The notes under the pieces: model-generated | The model's input: only the letters and a program-made list of their open reading frames with translations | What the model was told of the DNA's origin: nothing | Databases searched by the model: none | Position numbers and translations under genes: made by a program | Source of the DNA: Somniosus microcephalus | Taxonomy: Eukaryota | Direction: 5' to 3' | NCBI GenBank assembly: GCA_052327205.1 | Contig: CM126234.1 | Span: forward strand, 29,388,001 to 29,452,000 | Length of the DNA stretch: 64,000 bases | Shown here: positions 37,363 to 49,482 of the stretch, one piece after another | Numbering within the stretch: the stretch's first letter is position 1 | Layout: each line of letters opens with the position of its first letter

Positions 37363-38084
37363 AGAATTTTTAATGGAGACGTTGAAATTAGACACTGGCA
37401 ATGTTACACACTAGGAGTACTTGAAACTGCCTGTGTGTCTCACTTTGCGCTTATGAATGTTCAAGGAGAAAGTGTATTGAGATTGATCTTGACCAACCAG
37501 ATGTTTTTCCCCGACTACTGTCAATGCCATGTTCTAACATTTGTTGCACTATTAACATGCTTTCTATCTTCTCCACTCTCTGTGTGCATTACATGGATTT
37601 GTACTGTGGATCATATCTGAAGGAAGAGCAGCCTATGCTTGCTGCTGGCCCTTACAGAGCTCTGTAATGTTCTGCGGTTCCCTCCGCCATTTGAATAGAG
37701 AATATCAGGCTCCAGTACAGCTCCCACAACACTGCTCGAATATCTAGTTCCCAGTATGGCTTTATTTTCATCATTTCTGCCACGCAGGGTAAATGTTGTT
37801 CACAGTGGATGTTTTGCACTTGATGAGAGGAACCATTGGTTAGAGTGGAGAGATTGTTGGCAGACTTTGGCACCACACCATGATTTACAACTGGCTAAAA
37901 TTGCACAGAAATCTGTGACATTCTGTGTGTTTAAATTATTTGTTTTCAGTTGAGTGCACACTACCTATTCACACAAATGGCTTTGAATGAAACATCCCAA
38001 TTAGCAAAGCTCTCCAATGGTGATGGACTGGGTGATGAAGTGGGCTAGATGTTGTCCTTTCATCTCTGGAATCAAATACTGCCA

Positions 38085-38300
38085 ATATTTTGTCCATCTT
38101 TCTCAAAGTGGCCATATGGGTGGCTGGTGTGCAAAATGGAAATGCCACACTGGCGCAGTAAAGGGTGGTCTTCTAAGATTGGTACTGTCGGAACTTCACT
38201 CGGCAGCTAGCTGTGCTAAAGCTGACCTGAGAGTGCGTCATGCTAACAATGGGTGCCCAAAATGGTTTTCCATTGCTAACATTAATCGAAAAAAAGAAAA
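38085..38300 (+). mobile_element. LF-SINE-like 3' fragment
   Basis: ggctggtgtgcaaaatggaaatgccacactgg..cttctaagattgg..tgacctgagag..atgctaacaatgggt; colinear with 10615-10810. Confidence 0.5.
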
Positions 38301-39494
38301 GCCCTCTGATTGTGAGGTTCAGAGCGTTTAGGGGTAATAATGAAAGAATGTGACATCACGATCATCTGCTGAGAAAATAGTTGCTAAAAATCTCTTCCGA
38401 GAGATAACATTTGAGGGGACGGCCATCTTTGATTCGGCACCATTAATCCAAGAGGTGTTGTAATCTAATTGCAAATCATTTGGAGGGGTATCATTTTCAT
38501 TATGGGAAGGAAGACAAGCCAGAAATGCAATGTAAGCAATGCCGTGACGCTCATGTTACCTAATGATTCATTTGGTGGAATTTATGTAATTGCATCAGAA
38601 CACAGGGGTGGGGGGGGGGAGATGGGAGAGAAATTCTCAACAAAAAATGGGGTGGGGGTGCCTGCTTTTCTTCAGTATTAGTGACTCACTAACAAAAATG
38701 CATTCTCAGAAATCCCACGTTTCAAAGCTTTGTGTCCCAAGGTTTCCTTAGTGGGCCATTAATTACAAAGAAAAGCAGGTATTCTCCCATTTTGAGAGGA
38801 AATTTCCCACTCAAACAGTTTTGATTAAGGCATCCTTTAATATACAAATGTGTACTGGTGTCAATATCAGGTATTTAAACAGTAAGCTCCGCCTAATGAT
38901 TGTATTGCCTCAGTGTGTTCCACAAACCCCTGATTTTGTAGCTTTGAGGCTATTTTGAAGTCCATAATTGGTAATTTATTAAAATAACAAGATCAGACTA
39001 GTGTGCCTAAATCCACAATAGACTCTCATACTTTAGGAAAGTTAAATGTGGAATCATTGACACCCTTAAATAGAGCAACGACTATTCACTATGCTGTAAT
39101 TGTCTATCCCCTTCCTCCAGTATTAAACCTTTTTTTCCTACACTTTGGCTGTAACCTACTGGGTAATTTTAATTTAAATGTCATTACAATAATTCTTTTA
39201 CTGACCTGTTTCTGAACAAACGGCTTCCCTGAACGGTTTGATTCTGAATTCAGTACAGTCTTCCCTCATTATAGCACCAGTCTCGCTTACCAACCCTTCC
39301 CCCTACCCTATTAAAAAATGCAGGAGATGGATTTCTCCCATTTAGTTTCCTTTAATATACTCCACATGCTAACACAGAACTAACTGCCATTCTGCACTGA
39401 TTTCTCCCTCAGCTCATGATACTAAATGCCACTGGGCCACCTGCACTGTGATGGTAAACAATCTACATTGAACTGTATCTAGGTTTTCCTACTG

Positions 39495-40320
39495 CTGCTT
39501 TAGGAAAACTGCTAGAGATCATAATAAAGGATAAAATTAGTGAACACTTAGAAAGGTACGGGCTAATTGAGGACAATCAACACAGATCTGTAAAAGGCAG
39601 GTCATGCTTGACTAATTTAATTCTTTTGAGGAAATTACCGAGTGTATAGACGGGAAATGTAGTGGAGGTGATATATTTGGACTTTCAAAAAGCATTTGAT
39701 AAAGTGCCACATGAAAGATTTGTTGTGAAGAGTAAGGCCTATGGTATTAAAGGTAAAGTGGTGGGATGGATAGAGGGATGGCTCATGGATAGAAAGCAGA
39801 GCGTAGAAGTAATTGGATTTCATGTAGTTAGTGGGGTGCCCCGGGGATCTGTGTTGGGCAGCACGGTGGCATAGTGGTTAGCACTGTTGCCTCACAGCGC
39901 CAGGGACCCGGGTTCGAATCCGGCCTCGGGTGACTGTCTGTGTGGAGTTTGCACATTCTCCCCGTGTTTGCGTGGGTTTCCTCCGGGTGCTCCGGTTTCC
40001 TCCCACAGTCCAAAGATGTGCGGGTTAGGTTGATTGGCTATGAAAATTGACCCTTAGTGTTAGGGGGATTAAATACATGGGGTTACAGGGATAGGGTGGG
40101 ATATGTGTTGGTGTAGGGGTTACGGGGATCGGGTGGGATATGTGTCGGTGCAGGCTCGATGGGCCGAAATGGCCTCTATCTGCACTGTGGGGTTTCTGTG
40201 ATTCTGTGATTCTCTTGTTCTCCATATGCATAAATGATTTGGACATGGCCACAGAGGGACCAACATCAAAATCTGATGATACCAAATTAGGGGACATAGC
40301 AAGCTGTGAGGAATAATGTA
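39495..40320 (+). mobile_element. Degenerate CR1 RT fragment interrupted by an HE1 SINE
   Basis: VIYLDFQKAFDKVPH...SGVPRGSVLG | LFSICINDLD...DDTKLG resumes at about 40214. Confidence 0.85.
39856..40213 (+). mobile_element. Full-length HE1 SINE (V-SINE superfamily)
   Basis: GGGCAGCACGGTGGCATAGTGG head, B box GGTTCGAATCC, V-domain tgcgtgggtttcctccgggtgctccggtttcctcccacagtccaaaga, and a CR1/HER1-derived tail. Confidence 0.93.
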
Positions 40321-40364
40321 CTCTTTGTGATATTTTTCCTGGATTGTTTTTTAACCAGCTTAGC

Positions 40365-41380
40365 TCAAAATATGTCCCTTTATTCTAGATTCCCCCACTA
40401 AAGGGAAACATCATTCCCTCTATCTATCATGTCAATTCCCTTCATTGTTTTAAACACTTTCATTATTTTAAACATGCTGTAACATCCTTATCTCCAGGGG
40501 ATATAACCCAAGTTTATCGAGTCACTCATCATAACTCAGTCCTTTCATCTCAGGTATTATCATGGTGAATCATTGTTGGACTTTCTCCAAGAGCAGTACA
40601 TCCTTCCTAAGGTGTACTCCCTGAACAGAACACAATATTCCAAATGAGATCTGACCAGCACACTATAACTGCAGTAGTACCTCCTTGCTTTTATATTCCA
40701 AACCTCTTGTGATGCAGCCCAGCAACCCATTTGTCTTTTTGCAGCTGTGAGCAAGTTTTTAATGACTACCTGGATACCTAAATATCTTTGTTCATCTATC
40801 CCCTCTGGAGCTCCACCATTTAGATTTTACTCCCATTCTTGCATCCAAAGTGTACTACTTCACACTTTGTTACATCTGCCATTGATCTGCCCAAGCGCAC
40901 AATTTGTGTCCTTTTGCGATTTTCTCCTCTTCACAATTCACTATACCTTCTAGCCCAGTGTCATCTGAACATTTAGATGTGCTCTCCTCGATTCCAAAAT
41001 CCAGGTCAACATTTGAAAAGCCCAGCCCTCGGCACTGATTTACTGCTTGCCAACACTCTGTCTTCTAGCTCCCAACCAGTTTCTTATCCATACAACAAGG
41101 CTATCTCCAATTCCATGCACACCAGTTTTAGCTAGCAACGTCTTGTGCAGAACCTTCCAAAAACCCAGGTGTAGAACATCCATTGATGCTCCTCCAGCCC
41201 CCACCTCAGTAGCTCTGTCAAAGGACTCTAATGGTTAGTTAGTCATGAGCTACCTTTCACAAAACTATGCTTACTTACCCTAATTAGCTTATCTCCTTCT
41301 ATTACTTATTTATTCTATGCCTGCTGATGGATTCTAGTAATTCTACCACTACTGATGGTAACTGAGTAGTGGGATTCTAG
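40365..41380 (-). mobile_element. Old degenerate CR1 fragment
   Basis: YSVLVRSHLEYCVLF in ORF 40560-40754; CR1-like sequence throughout. Confidence 0.75.
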
Positions 41381-41384
41381 GTTT

Positions 41385-41910
41385 TCTATATAGGGGCACT
41401 GAATACAAAACTAAGGAGGCAATAGTGAATGTTGACGAGATATTGGGGAGGCTGAAATTGCAGGAGTGTGCAGTTTTGGACACCCCATTATAGGAATGAT
41501 ATTGGAGCAATGGAAAAGTTGCAATATAGATTCACTATGATGATACCAGGGCTGAAAAGATATAGTTGTCATTGACTTGAAGAACTAGCTCTGTATTCAC
41601 TGGAACACAGAGGTTAAGGAGAGATCTTATAAAACTTATGAAAGGATTTGAGAGGGCAAATAGTGAAAGATTATTTCCATTGCTTGCCTTATGATTAGAA
41701 GCATAAAAGGGAGGTTAGAAGAATTTTTCCATGCAAAGCGTTATCAGAATATGGAAGGCAGTACCACAAGTGGGTATTGAAGCTGAGTCAGTCATGATAT
41801 TTGAGAAAATTAAACATTTGAAGAAAATTGTTAAAACGGGTAAAGGGCTAGCACAGGTATGATGGACCAAGTGGCCTCCTTCTGTACTGAAATTGCAATG
41901 ATTCCATGAA
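41385..41910 (+). mobile_element. Old degenerate CR1 3' fragment
   Basis: RGTEYK..., tattcactggaacacagaggttaaggagagatcttata, tail ggaccaagtggcctccttctgtactg. Confidence 0.75.
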
Positions 41911-43254
41911 TGCTGTAAGGAACAGAAACAGCCATACGCCATTAATTTGTCTGAGTTCACCTGATCCTCCGCTACAACTTTGGTGCAAATAGCGAAGAAA
42001 CGGCATAAACGCCGTTTACGGCATTTCTCCGGGTTTTACGCGGATTTTCCGCTGAATTTCCAGCGGACGATCGGGAGAATCCCTGCTGAAATGCACCCCC
42101 ACCCCCCCCCCCCCCCTACTGTTTAAAATCTACCCTGTGGACCAATCCCTTCGTAATCCCATCCTATTTTTATGCTGCCAAAAGCATTGTTCCAATGACT
42201 GGTAGTATAACGAGGGAACATTGAGTGTGTGTGAGCGTGTGTAAAAGTTGATCAGATTGCATATCTTGTGATGATCCCATGCACAGAACATTACTGTGTA
42301 TTGGATATTGTGTGCTGCCACAAACTCCAGTCCAGAATGACAAGTGGCCCTATTCACATGAATGTGATAGTTACATTTAACTTGTTTTGAATTTACTCAT
42401 TTTGGATCAGCTTGTCTATTTTTTTCATCTATTTAAAATTTATTGCAATTTGTTGGCTTGTCCTGAATTTTCGGGCGACAATTCAGGAAATGATTGTGCT
42501 ATCTGATTTGCACAAAACACAAAGACAAATGAATTTTCAGGTATTTAGAGACCTTGTACAGATGATCAAAGAGCCCAAATTCTGATGGTCCCGGAATGCT
42601 GGACTGACTTCTGCCAATATCAGTCGCCTGGATGTAACCCAACATGCAATTCCTCGGTTGTGTAAGTTAACCCATTGTTTTGGCACAATGTTACTTAAAC
42701 TTCTAATTCTGTTACCAAGCTGTAGAATAATCCTGTCGGAATTCACAAACCTGGTGAAGAAACAAACAAATCACAAGAGGAACAGAAAGTCAATCTCCAG
42801 CAACTCCACATAAATGGCTCCACTGTAGACGGAGTGTGTTGAATATATCAGAGATGAAGTTCAGTCCCACTGGTTTTTCATTGCTAATTCTTATAATGTG
42901 AGCTGTATGTTGTCGCTCTGCTGATTCTAACAGCATTAGAATTCTGGGCTGCTGGCACATCCGTGCTATATTATAACAAGGGCGAGAATCACTTGGTGAC
43001 AAGATCTCTGTTCATTTGAAATTAATGGTATGTCAGTTGCAGGAGCATTAAGGGGAGTGTTAAGCTGCGGGTAAATAATTACAATATGCAGCAACCTCTC
43101 TTTCTCCTGCCCCCATCCACTAATGTGGGAAGAGGTTTTGAAATACTTCCCATTTTGTGAGGCGAGATTCTCAGTCTATTCTCCAACAAGCAGTGTTCAA
43201 AAGATCCACTATGTTGGATGCCTCTAACACAAAAGACCTGCACAAGTCTTGTAT

Positions 43255-43543
43255 CTAGCACCTAGAAGGACAAGAACATCCGGTGCATGAGAACACCGCC
43301 ACCTCCAAGTTCCCCTCCAAGTCACACACCATCCCGACTTGGAAGTATATCGCCGATCCTTCATCGTCGCTGGGTCAAAATCCTGGCACTCCCTCCCTAA
43401 CAGCACTGTGGGAGCACCTTCACCACATGGACTGCAGCGGTTCAAGAAGGCGGCTCACCACCACCTTCTCAAGGGCAATTAGGGATGGGCAATAAATACT
43501 GGCCTTGCCAGCAACGCCCACATCCCGAGAATGAATAAAAAAA
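43255..43543 (+). mobile_element. CR1-clade LINE (second family), 3' fragment
   Basis: Highly similar to 47515-47801; ends gaatgaataaaaaaa. Confidence 0.9.
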
Positions 43544-45189
43544 TCTGATGAGTCCGTCTCTAGTTGTGTGCATACTTCTCAGTCCCGGATGACGATCCCA
43601 ACACAATTGCCGCTGAGAAGTTCAGTAGTGTCTTTTAACCAGCACTTGAGCTTCTCAGTAGTACTCTAGGAGACATTAAAATCTCTTTTAAAATAGTTGT
43701 TGCAAGAGAGGGCTTTCCACATACTCGCTAGAATAATGTCACCGTTTAATTTTCAGAGAAGTGTTTTGGTATTTAAATATTATAAAAGCATGCGAAGATT
43801 GGTAGGGATGTGTTGCAACAATCTAACACACAAGGTTCAGAAGACATCATCAACCATAAGACCACAAAAGCATCTTATGAACATTTTTTGAACCCTAACA
43901 GTGTGTTATATCTTTGAACACACGCACAAAGCTTTTTTTTCCCTCCCTCTTTTCCAGTTATCCTGCTGGACTTCTATTATTGCTCTTTCCTCCCTCCCCC
44001 GCACCCCCCCCCCCCCCCCCACCCCCCAATCACTACGGATCATTCTATTCTGGTTGCTAAGTGCTGCTCTGCAGGTTTGCCCTATGTAACCGGATGGGGG
44101 GACTTTACAAGGTCACGATGCTAGACCAGGGTTGTAAATTGTGGCAGCTGACAGGAAGAGTGTTTTACTGAATACTTGTCACACATTTACTCTGTTATAC
44201 TCTTGTAGATATTATATATACACATCATTGTACATGTCACTTTCAACTGAGACAATATGGATACGATTATTGTTATGGAAAATTTCAAGGGGCACAAGTG
44301 GGCACTTTGGTGAGTTTTGGGGCAAGTCAAGGAGAGACTGTTGTAAAACTCTGCTAAAGATCCGTCACTTTTGTCGCCAAGGTGAGTTTATGCTGCAACA
44401 AATACTTGCTGCAGTACAAACTTTCACAATTCAAACTTTTGTTTTCTCGTTAATACTTCAAATATTTATTGGGGACTGTACTGGTATTTGGGGGGGGGGG
44501 GTGGCTGTATTGCCAAGTTCTCTCTCCAGCTCTCTTTCATTTTCTGTCGCTGTCTCTTTTGAGCGCTCTCTCTGTCTCTCCCTCTCTTTTGCTGTCTGAA
44601 CTGCATTCACTACAGGATGAACTTCGCAATGTAGAGAGTTGTGGCTCTATCCATCCTGCTTTCCTGGCTGAAGGCTGATTGAGGAGGAGACGTGAGATTT
44701 TGAAGAAGGAAAAGTGAAAAAAAATTGGGGGGGGGGAATGTAAAAAAGGAAGGGAAGCCTGGGGTGTTAACCAATTAATATTAGGCTTGCCTTGGAAACT
44801 AGAATTGAAGTTGGTCTGGCTGAAATTTCCACAACTTCCCAGATTTATTTATGTAAGTGTTTACAATTAAATTAAATGTTAGTGTGATATACATCATGAC
44901 CTGCATGACTGTCTGTGGTCTCTTTAGATCATTTAAAAATTAAAATAATTTTGATATTTCAATAATTTTATGAAGTCCTTTTGTTCATTACAAATTTGCT
45001 TTCTTACTGAAAATATTTCTATGTAGCTCGAAATATTATAGTTGAACATGAATTCCTGTTGCGTGTATATGACTGAGCTGTCTAATAAAGCCACTGTTCC
45101 TTATAGTAAAATCTTACTTTCTGCACTTATTTGAATGTCCTTTTGTTTGGATTCTTTTTTTGGATGCTTTCTACTCTTTATGAGCAGTT

Positions 45190-45492
45190 GTCTACTGTCT
45201 CTCGTCCTATTCAATGTCTTTATCAATGATGTACTGGATGGCATCGTAAGGGACCGTCTCATAATATCTGCAAATATCGTGCTGCTCCTTCTCACAGGTA
45301 GGGTGGTGTTGCTGGCAGACTCACCTGGGCAGTCTACCCACCGTCTTGAAAAATGGGCTGACCAGTTGTCTATGATTTGAAAAAGCTCCAAGTGCTGGAA
45401 ACCTGCAATAAAAACAGAATGTAATGGAAATACACAGCACATTCGTCAGCATCTGATAGGTTAACATTTCAGGTGTAGATCCTTCATCGTAC
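45190..45492. mobile_element. Short degenerate RT fragment (+, 45190-45380) abutting a Penelope-like end (-, 45385-45492)
   Basis: LSLVLFNVFINDV...RLEKWAD resembles the RT core; then gctggaaacctgcaataaaaacagaat...gttaacatttcagg. Confidence 0.5.
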
Positions 45493-45504
45493 TCAGTCTA
45501 TCCT

Positions 45505-45645
45505 GATATATATATATATATCAGAATATAATATGTGTATATCAGAATATAATAGACATGTATAAATCATAATATATAACAGACACATATATGTATATGT
45601 CAGAATATATAATAGAGATCTATATACATATACACACACATATAA
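45505..45645. repeat. TA-rich microsatellite / short tandem repeat
   Basis: (TA)n with recurring tcagaatata(ta)ata units. Confidence 0.85.
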
Positions 45646-45699
45646 ATGATTGCCAACATTCAAAAAACCAAGTCTAGATTGGTGAGCCAGAGGGTAGCT

Positions 45700-47040
45700 T
45701 GGTGTAAGCCTGAGATGCTGCCTGCCAACCAACAATGCGGTCCATAGTTTGCAACTGGTGCTCATAGTTATACTGTGTGTTGTCTCTCATCTTTCTAAGA
45801 GGTGTAAGAAATGACCGCATCTGCCGTGTGATGTTCTGAAATGGTTCAATAAGGACCTTTGTTTCTGGGGTAGGTTGAAGCCTGGGAGTTTTTTTTGTGG
45901 GGTCGGCCATCGGATGTTTGTTTGGAACATTAGCATCGTCCCAGAATTGAATGAGGACGCTTTAATTGCATTAGCCTGATACCCGAAAAAAAGGCTTGCA
46001 AGATTTCAGGTGTGTCTTTGGAAGATTCTGGAGGTCCTCATAAATTGGTAAGTTCAGGTTGGCCATGGTTTGATTGTGCTCATGTCTGGCTTTCTGGATT
46101 TTAGGTGGGGGTTGTTATGTGGTCCAGTTATGATTCTCCTCGCGGCATTAAGCTGGGAGTCCAAAGATTTGGGATGCGAGCTGCCCACCCAGCCTGGCGC
46201 GCAATATTCAGCAGCTGAGTATCCCCGTGTTAGAAATTGTCTTTGAAGTGTGTGCGAATCGGCACCCCATGTTGTGTCCGCGGGATTTCCAAAGCGGTGT
46301 TCCTTCGCTTTTACTCCACCCACCCCCCCCAGTCTTTTCCAGATGAACTTCAAAAAGAAAGATTCTGGCCAAGGTTGCACCCAAGTATTTCAGATCGGGC
46401 TCACTTCAGACCCGTTGGCCGCAAAGGGGTGGCATTAAGTGGTTCCTTGGTGGCTCTGTTGTTTAGGTGAAAAGCTGTTACCACATTTCTGGAGGCATTG
46501 GAGGCAGAGCTGCCAGCATTGAAAGCATTCCCGCCATTAACGTCAGGTAGATCGAGAAGGTCTTGCCTATGGCGGTGAGATATTTCCTTGTGTTCCAAGG
46601 GCGATGCCGTCAGTATAAATCAACGTACGCAAAATTGTGCGAGGTAAGTCACTAATGTAGATGTTGAATAGTGAAGGAGGCACGAGTCCCATGGGGTTTG
46701 ATGAGCCTTGATGTCTTGAGCAATCGCCCATATCTCCATACAGCGTCTTAGGCAGTGAATAAGCTCCCGTTGTCACTGCCTTATTCAATAACGGCGAGAA
46801 CCTGCTCACAACCAATTTTGTCCCGGTCTGAAACCGACCTGTTCTTTGGCACCATAGCCTCAAAGATAGGAATGAAGACGGGCCAGTCAAACCCGCTCCA
46901 TTAACTTACAAGTTGTGGGCAAGAGTGCTATTGGGTGATATTTGCTGGTACCCTGTGTTTGAGAAAGACAATGACTATCGCGTCACACCAGCTTTTTGGA
47001 ATCTTCGCTGTCGAACAGACCTGCCAACCAACGCTCACCC
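45700..47040 (-). mobile_element. Highly degenerate Vingi/Ingi-clade LINE fragment
   Basis: Broken frames KIPKSWCDAIVIVFLK, PSLFNIYISDLP..IYTD and TTWGADSHTL..YSAAEYCAPGW..SHPKSLDSQLNAARRIITG, homologous to 49483-49913. Confidence 0.75.
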
Positions 47041-47182
47041 ATTTGGTCAAAGAAATAGGTTTTAAGGAGCGAATTAAAGGAAGAGAGAGAGCTGGTGAAG
47101 AATCTACACCCAATACATTAACCCGGGAATTGAAAAAAAAAATTGCACCAAATGCACTTGGGGAAAGAGCATCACATACACT

Positions 47183-47801
47183 CGTGGCAACAAGAGCAGG
47201 TCAGAGGCTGGGTATTCTGCGGTGTGTGTCTCACCTCCTGACTCCCCAAAGCCTTTCCACCATCTACAAGGCACAAGTAAGGAGTGTGATGGAATACTCT
47301 CCACTTGCCTGGATGAGTGCAGCTCCAACAACACTCAAGAAGCTCGACACCATCCAGGACAAAGCAGCCCGCTTGATTGGCACCCCATCCACCACCTTAA
47401 ACATTCACTCCCTCCACCACCGGCGTACCGTGGCTGCAGTGTGTACCATCTACAAGATGCACTGCAGCAACTCGCCAAGGCGTCTTCGACAGCACCTCCC
47501 AAACCCACGACCTTTACCACCTAGAAGGACAAGGGCAGCAGGCGCATCGGAACACCACCGCCTCCAAGTTCCCCTCCAACTCACACACCATCCTGACTTG
47601 GAAGTATATCGCCGATCCTTCATCGTCGCTGGGTCAAAATCCTGGAACTCCCTCCCTAACAGCACTGTGAGAGTACCTTCACCACACGGACTGCAGCGGT
47701 TCAAGAAGGCGGCTCACCACCACCTTCTCAAGGGCAACTAGGGACGGGCAATAAATGCTGGCCTTGCCAGTGATGCCCACATCCCATAAACGAATTTTAA
47801 A
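47183..47801 (+). mobile_element. CR1-clade LINE (second family), 3' fragment
   Basis: RAGQRLGILRCVSHLLTPQSLSTIYKAQVRSVMEYSPLAWMSAAPTTLKKLDTIQDKAARLIG plus the 3' UTR. Confidence 0.92.
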
Positions 47802-49054
47802 ATATATATATTATATATATATAGTTAGTGTATGTATTGCTGGTGTATTGTGTGGCCTGGGGCATTTGAATACCTACCACAGCAGATAAACTGCTATTTA
47901 AGCTGTGTTTGTAATAGTGAGATTACATTTTTTAAATGGGATGTTGCCTTCCAATGAAGGGCATTCACTTTGTTTGTGGCTATTGCCACTCTTGGATGCG
48001 AGGAAGAGTGTGATGTTGTCTTGGCAGGGTCATTCCATCTCAATTTAACACCTCCAGCCCACCCTGTACATGCCCAATCTCTGCCTGTTGTCTCCTGTCC
48101 AGCAGGCAATTGTACAAGTGCCATGTTTTCCTACCAGCACCAATAATACTCTCCCATACATACATGTTGTGTATCTCAGTGTCACCTTTTCAACTGTGTT
48201 TAGCTTTGAAAACAATTCGTCTAAACCTAGCCCATGTAATACTTCAAAGCCTTATAAAAAAATCCTAGTGTATTCTCCCCTTAATTATATACAGAACCCG
48301 GAGGCCTTTTTGTGTTTGTCCAAAAGAATCAATAAAAACTTCAGATGGATAGATCAGCCCTCAGGCTTTGCTGAGCAACATTCAGCTGTTGCAGCAAATT
48401 AACCCTTGCACAGCCAAGTGACTACAAAACCAGCCCTAACTCACTCTCTCTCCAGTTCTGTTTATGAATGGTGTTGATGTCACCAGTTTATATGCCCACG
48501 GACTAACTGGGGACAAAAAGGTAATAAGTACTCTTCCATTGAAAATATACAGAGAAAAGTCTGAACGGTAACATTGATACAGGTATAGGACATACAGTGT
48601 ATATGAGAAGAGTGCAACATCTGTGCAGGAGATGCCTGCTATATGTGCAGCTACTGCATCCAGTCTGATAGGCCAGTCAGTGTGCTCGCTTCTCACCAGA
48701 CCATCTTGTTTTGGTCTTGCATGGGGTGTCATGGGTTCTTTTAGTCAGACTCTGACACATAGAATAACAAACTAGTACCTTTTAATAGCACTGCACATCC
48801 AGCGCCATTCCTGTCTGCTTCCATGTCCCTCTTGTCTGAAAGAGGCAGCTATTCTCTAGAGCCCCCTAAGCATACAAAATGTATTAGCATAGGCCTGTAA
48901 CCTGAATAAACCTGCATTCCCCGTTCTTTATCTGAAAGAATACATATATAAATCAATCCACTTTTGTCCCCCTAATTTAAGCCATAGGACGTAATTAAAC
49001 TTCTTTCTACTTTTCCAGAACTCAGTAAATTTTCAAATGAACTTGTTTCTAAGG

Positions 49055-49456
49055 CAGTGTTGTCCAATAGAAATCGCTCACTAGCCACAGGTGTGGCTAC
49101 GGTGACACTGTTTTAGCCACTTGCACTAATTTTAGTAGAAAATGTCTTCCATTCACTCACACAATACAGATAAACGTCCTTCACATTTGTATATTTATTT
49201 ACAAACATCTCCCACCATTCAGTAACCAAGGAACTAAAGCACTCACAGCGATCAAAAAACACTCGCACGCTCAGCTTTTCACCTTACCATTTTACCAACA
49301 AACGTACAAAAAGATTACATGTTCACATGCATACACTGTGCAAATGAGTATTGAGATCCCAGGCCCAACGACAGGATCTATTACTCAATTTTTATTTACT
49401 AATCAGAAATGCAATTAGCCACATGTGGCTATTGGCTAACATATTGGATAACACTG
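49055..49456. mobile_element. hAT-Charlie (MER3/Charlie1-like) MITE
   Basis: TIR CAGTGTTGTCCAATA / TATTGGATAACACTG (14 of 15 match). Perfect 8-bp TSD TTCTAAGG at 49047-49054 and 49457-49464. Subterminal TAGCCAC..GTGGCTA palindromes. Confidence 0.9.
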
Positions 49457-49482
49457 TTCTAAGGCACTTTATCAGTGACACC

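Noticed and set aside
39856-39930. tRNA gene (also at 30900, 60900 and 63205)
   Set aside because: These are SINE heads continuing into SINE bodies, not stand-alone tRNA cloverleaves.
40365-41910. Adjacent opposite-strand CR1 pieces as one twin-primed insertion
   Set aside because: The two pieces overlap extensively in CR1 coordinates, so they are independent insertions.
42537-42751. Minus-strand acceptor followed by a 69-aa ORF
   Set aside because: No similarity to any protein I recognise and no partner exons.
46935-47741. 268-aa ORF as a host gene
   Set aside because: Chance fusion of antisense Vingi and unique sequence with a CR1-clade LINE fragment that begins at about 47183.
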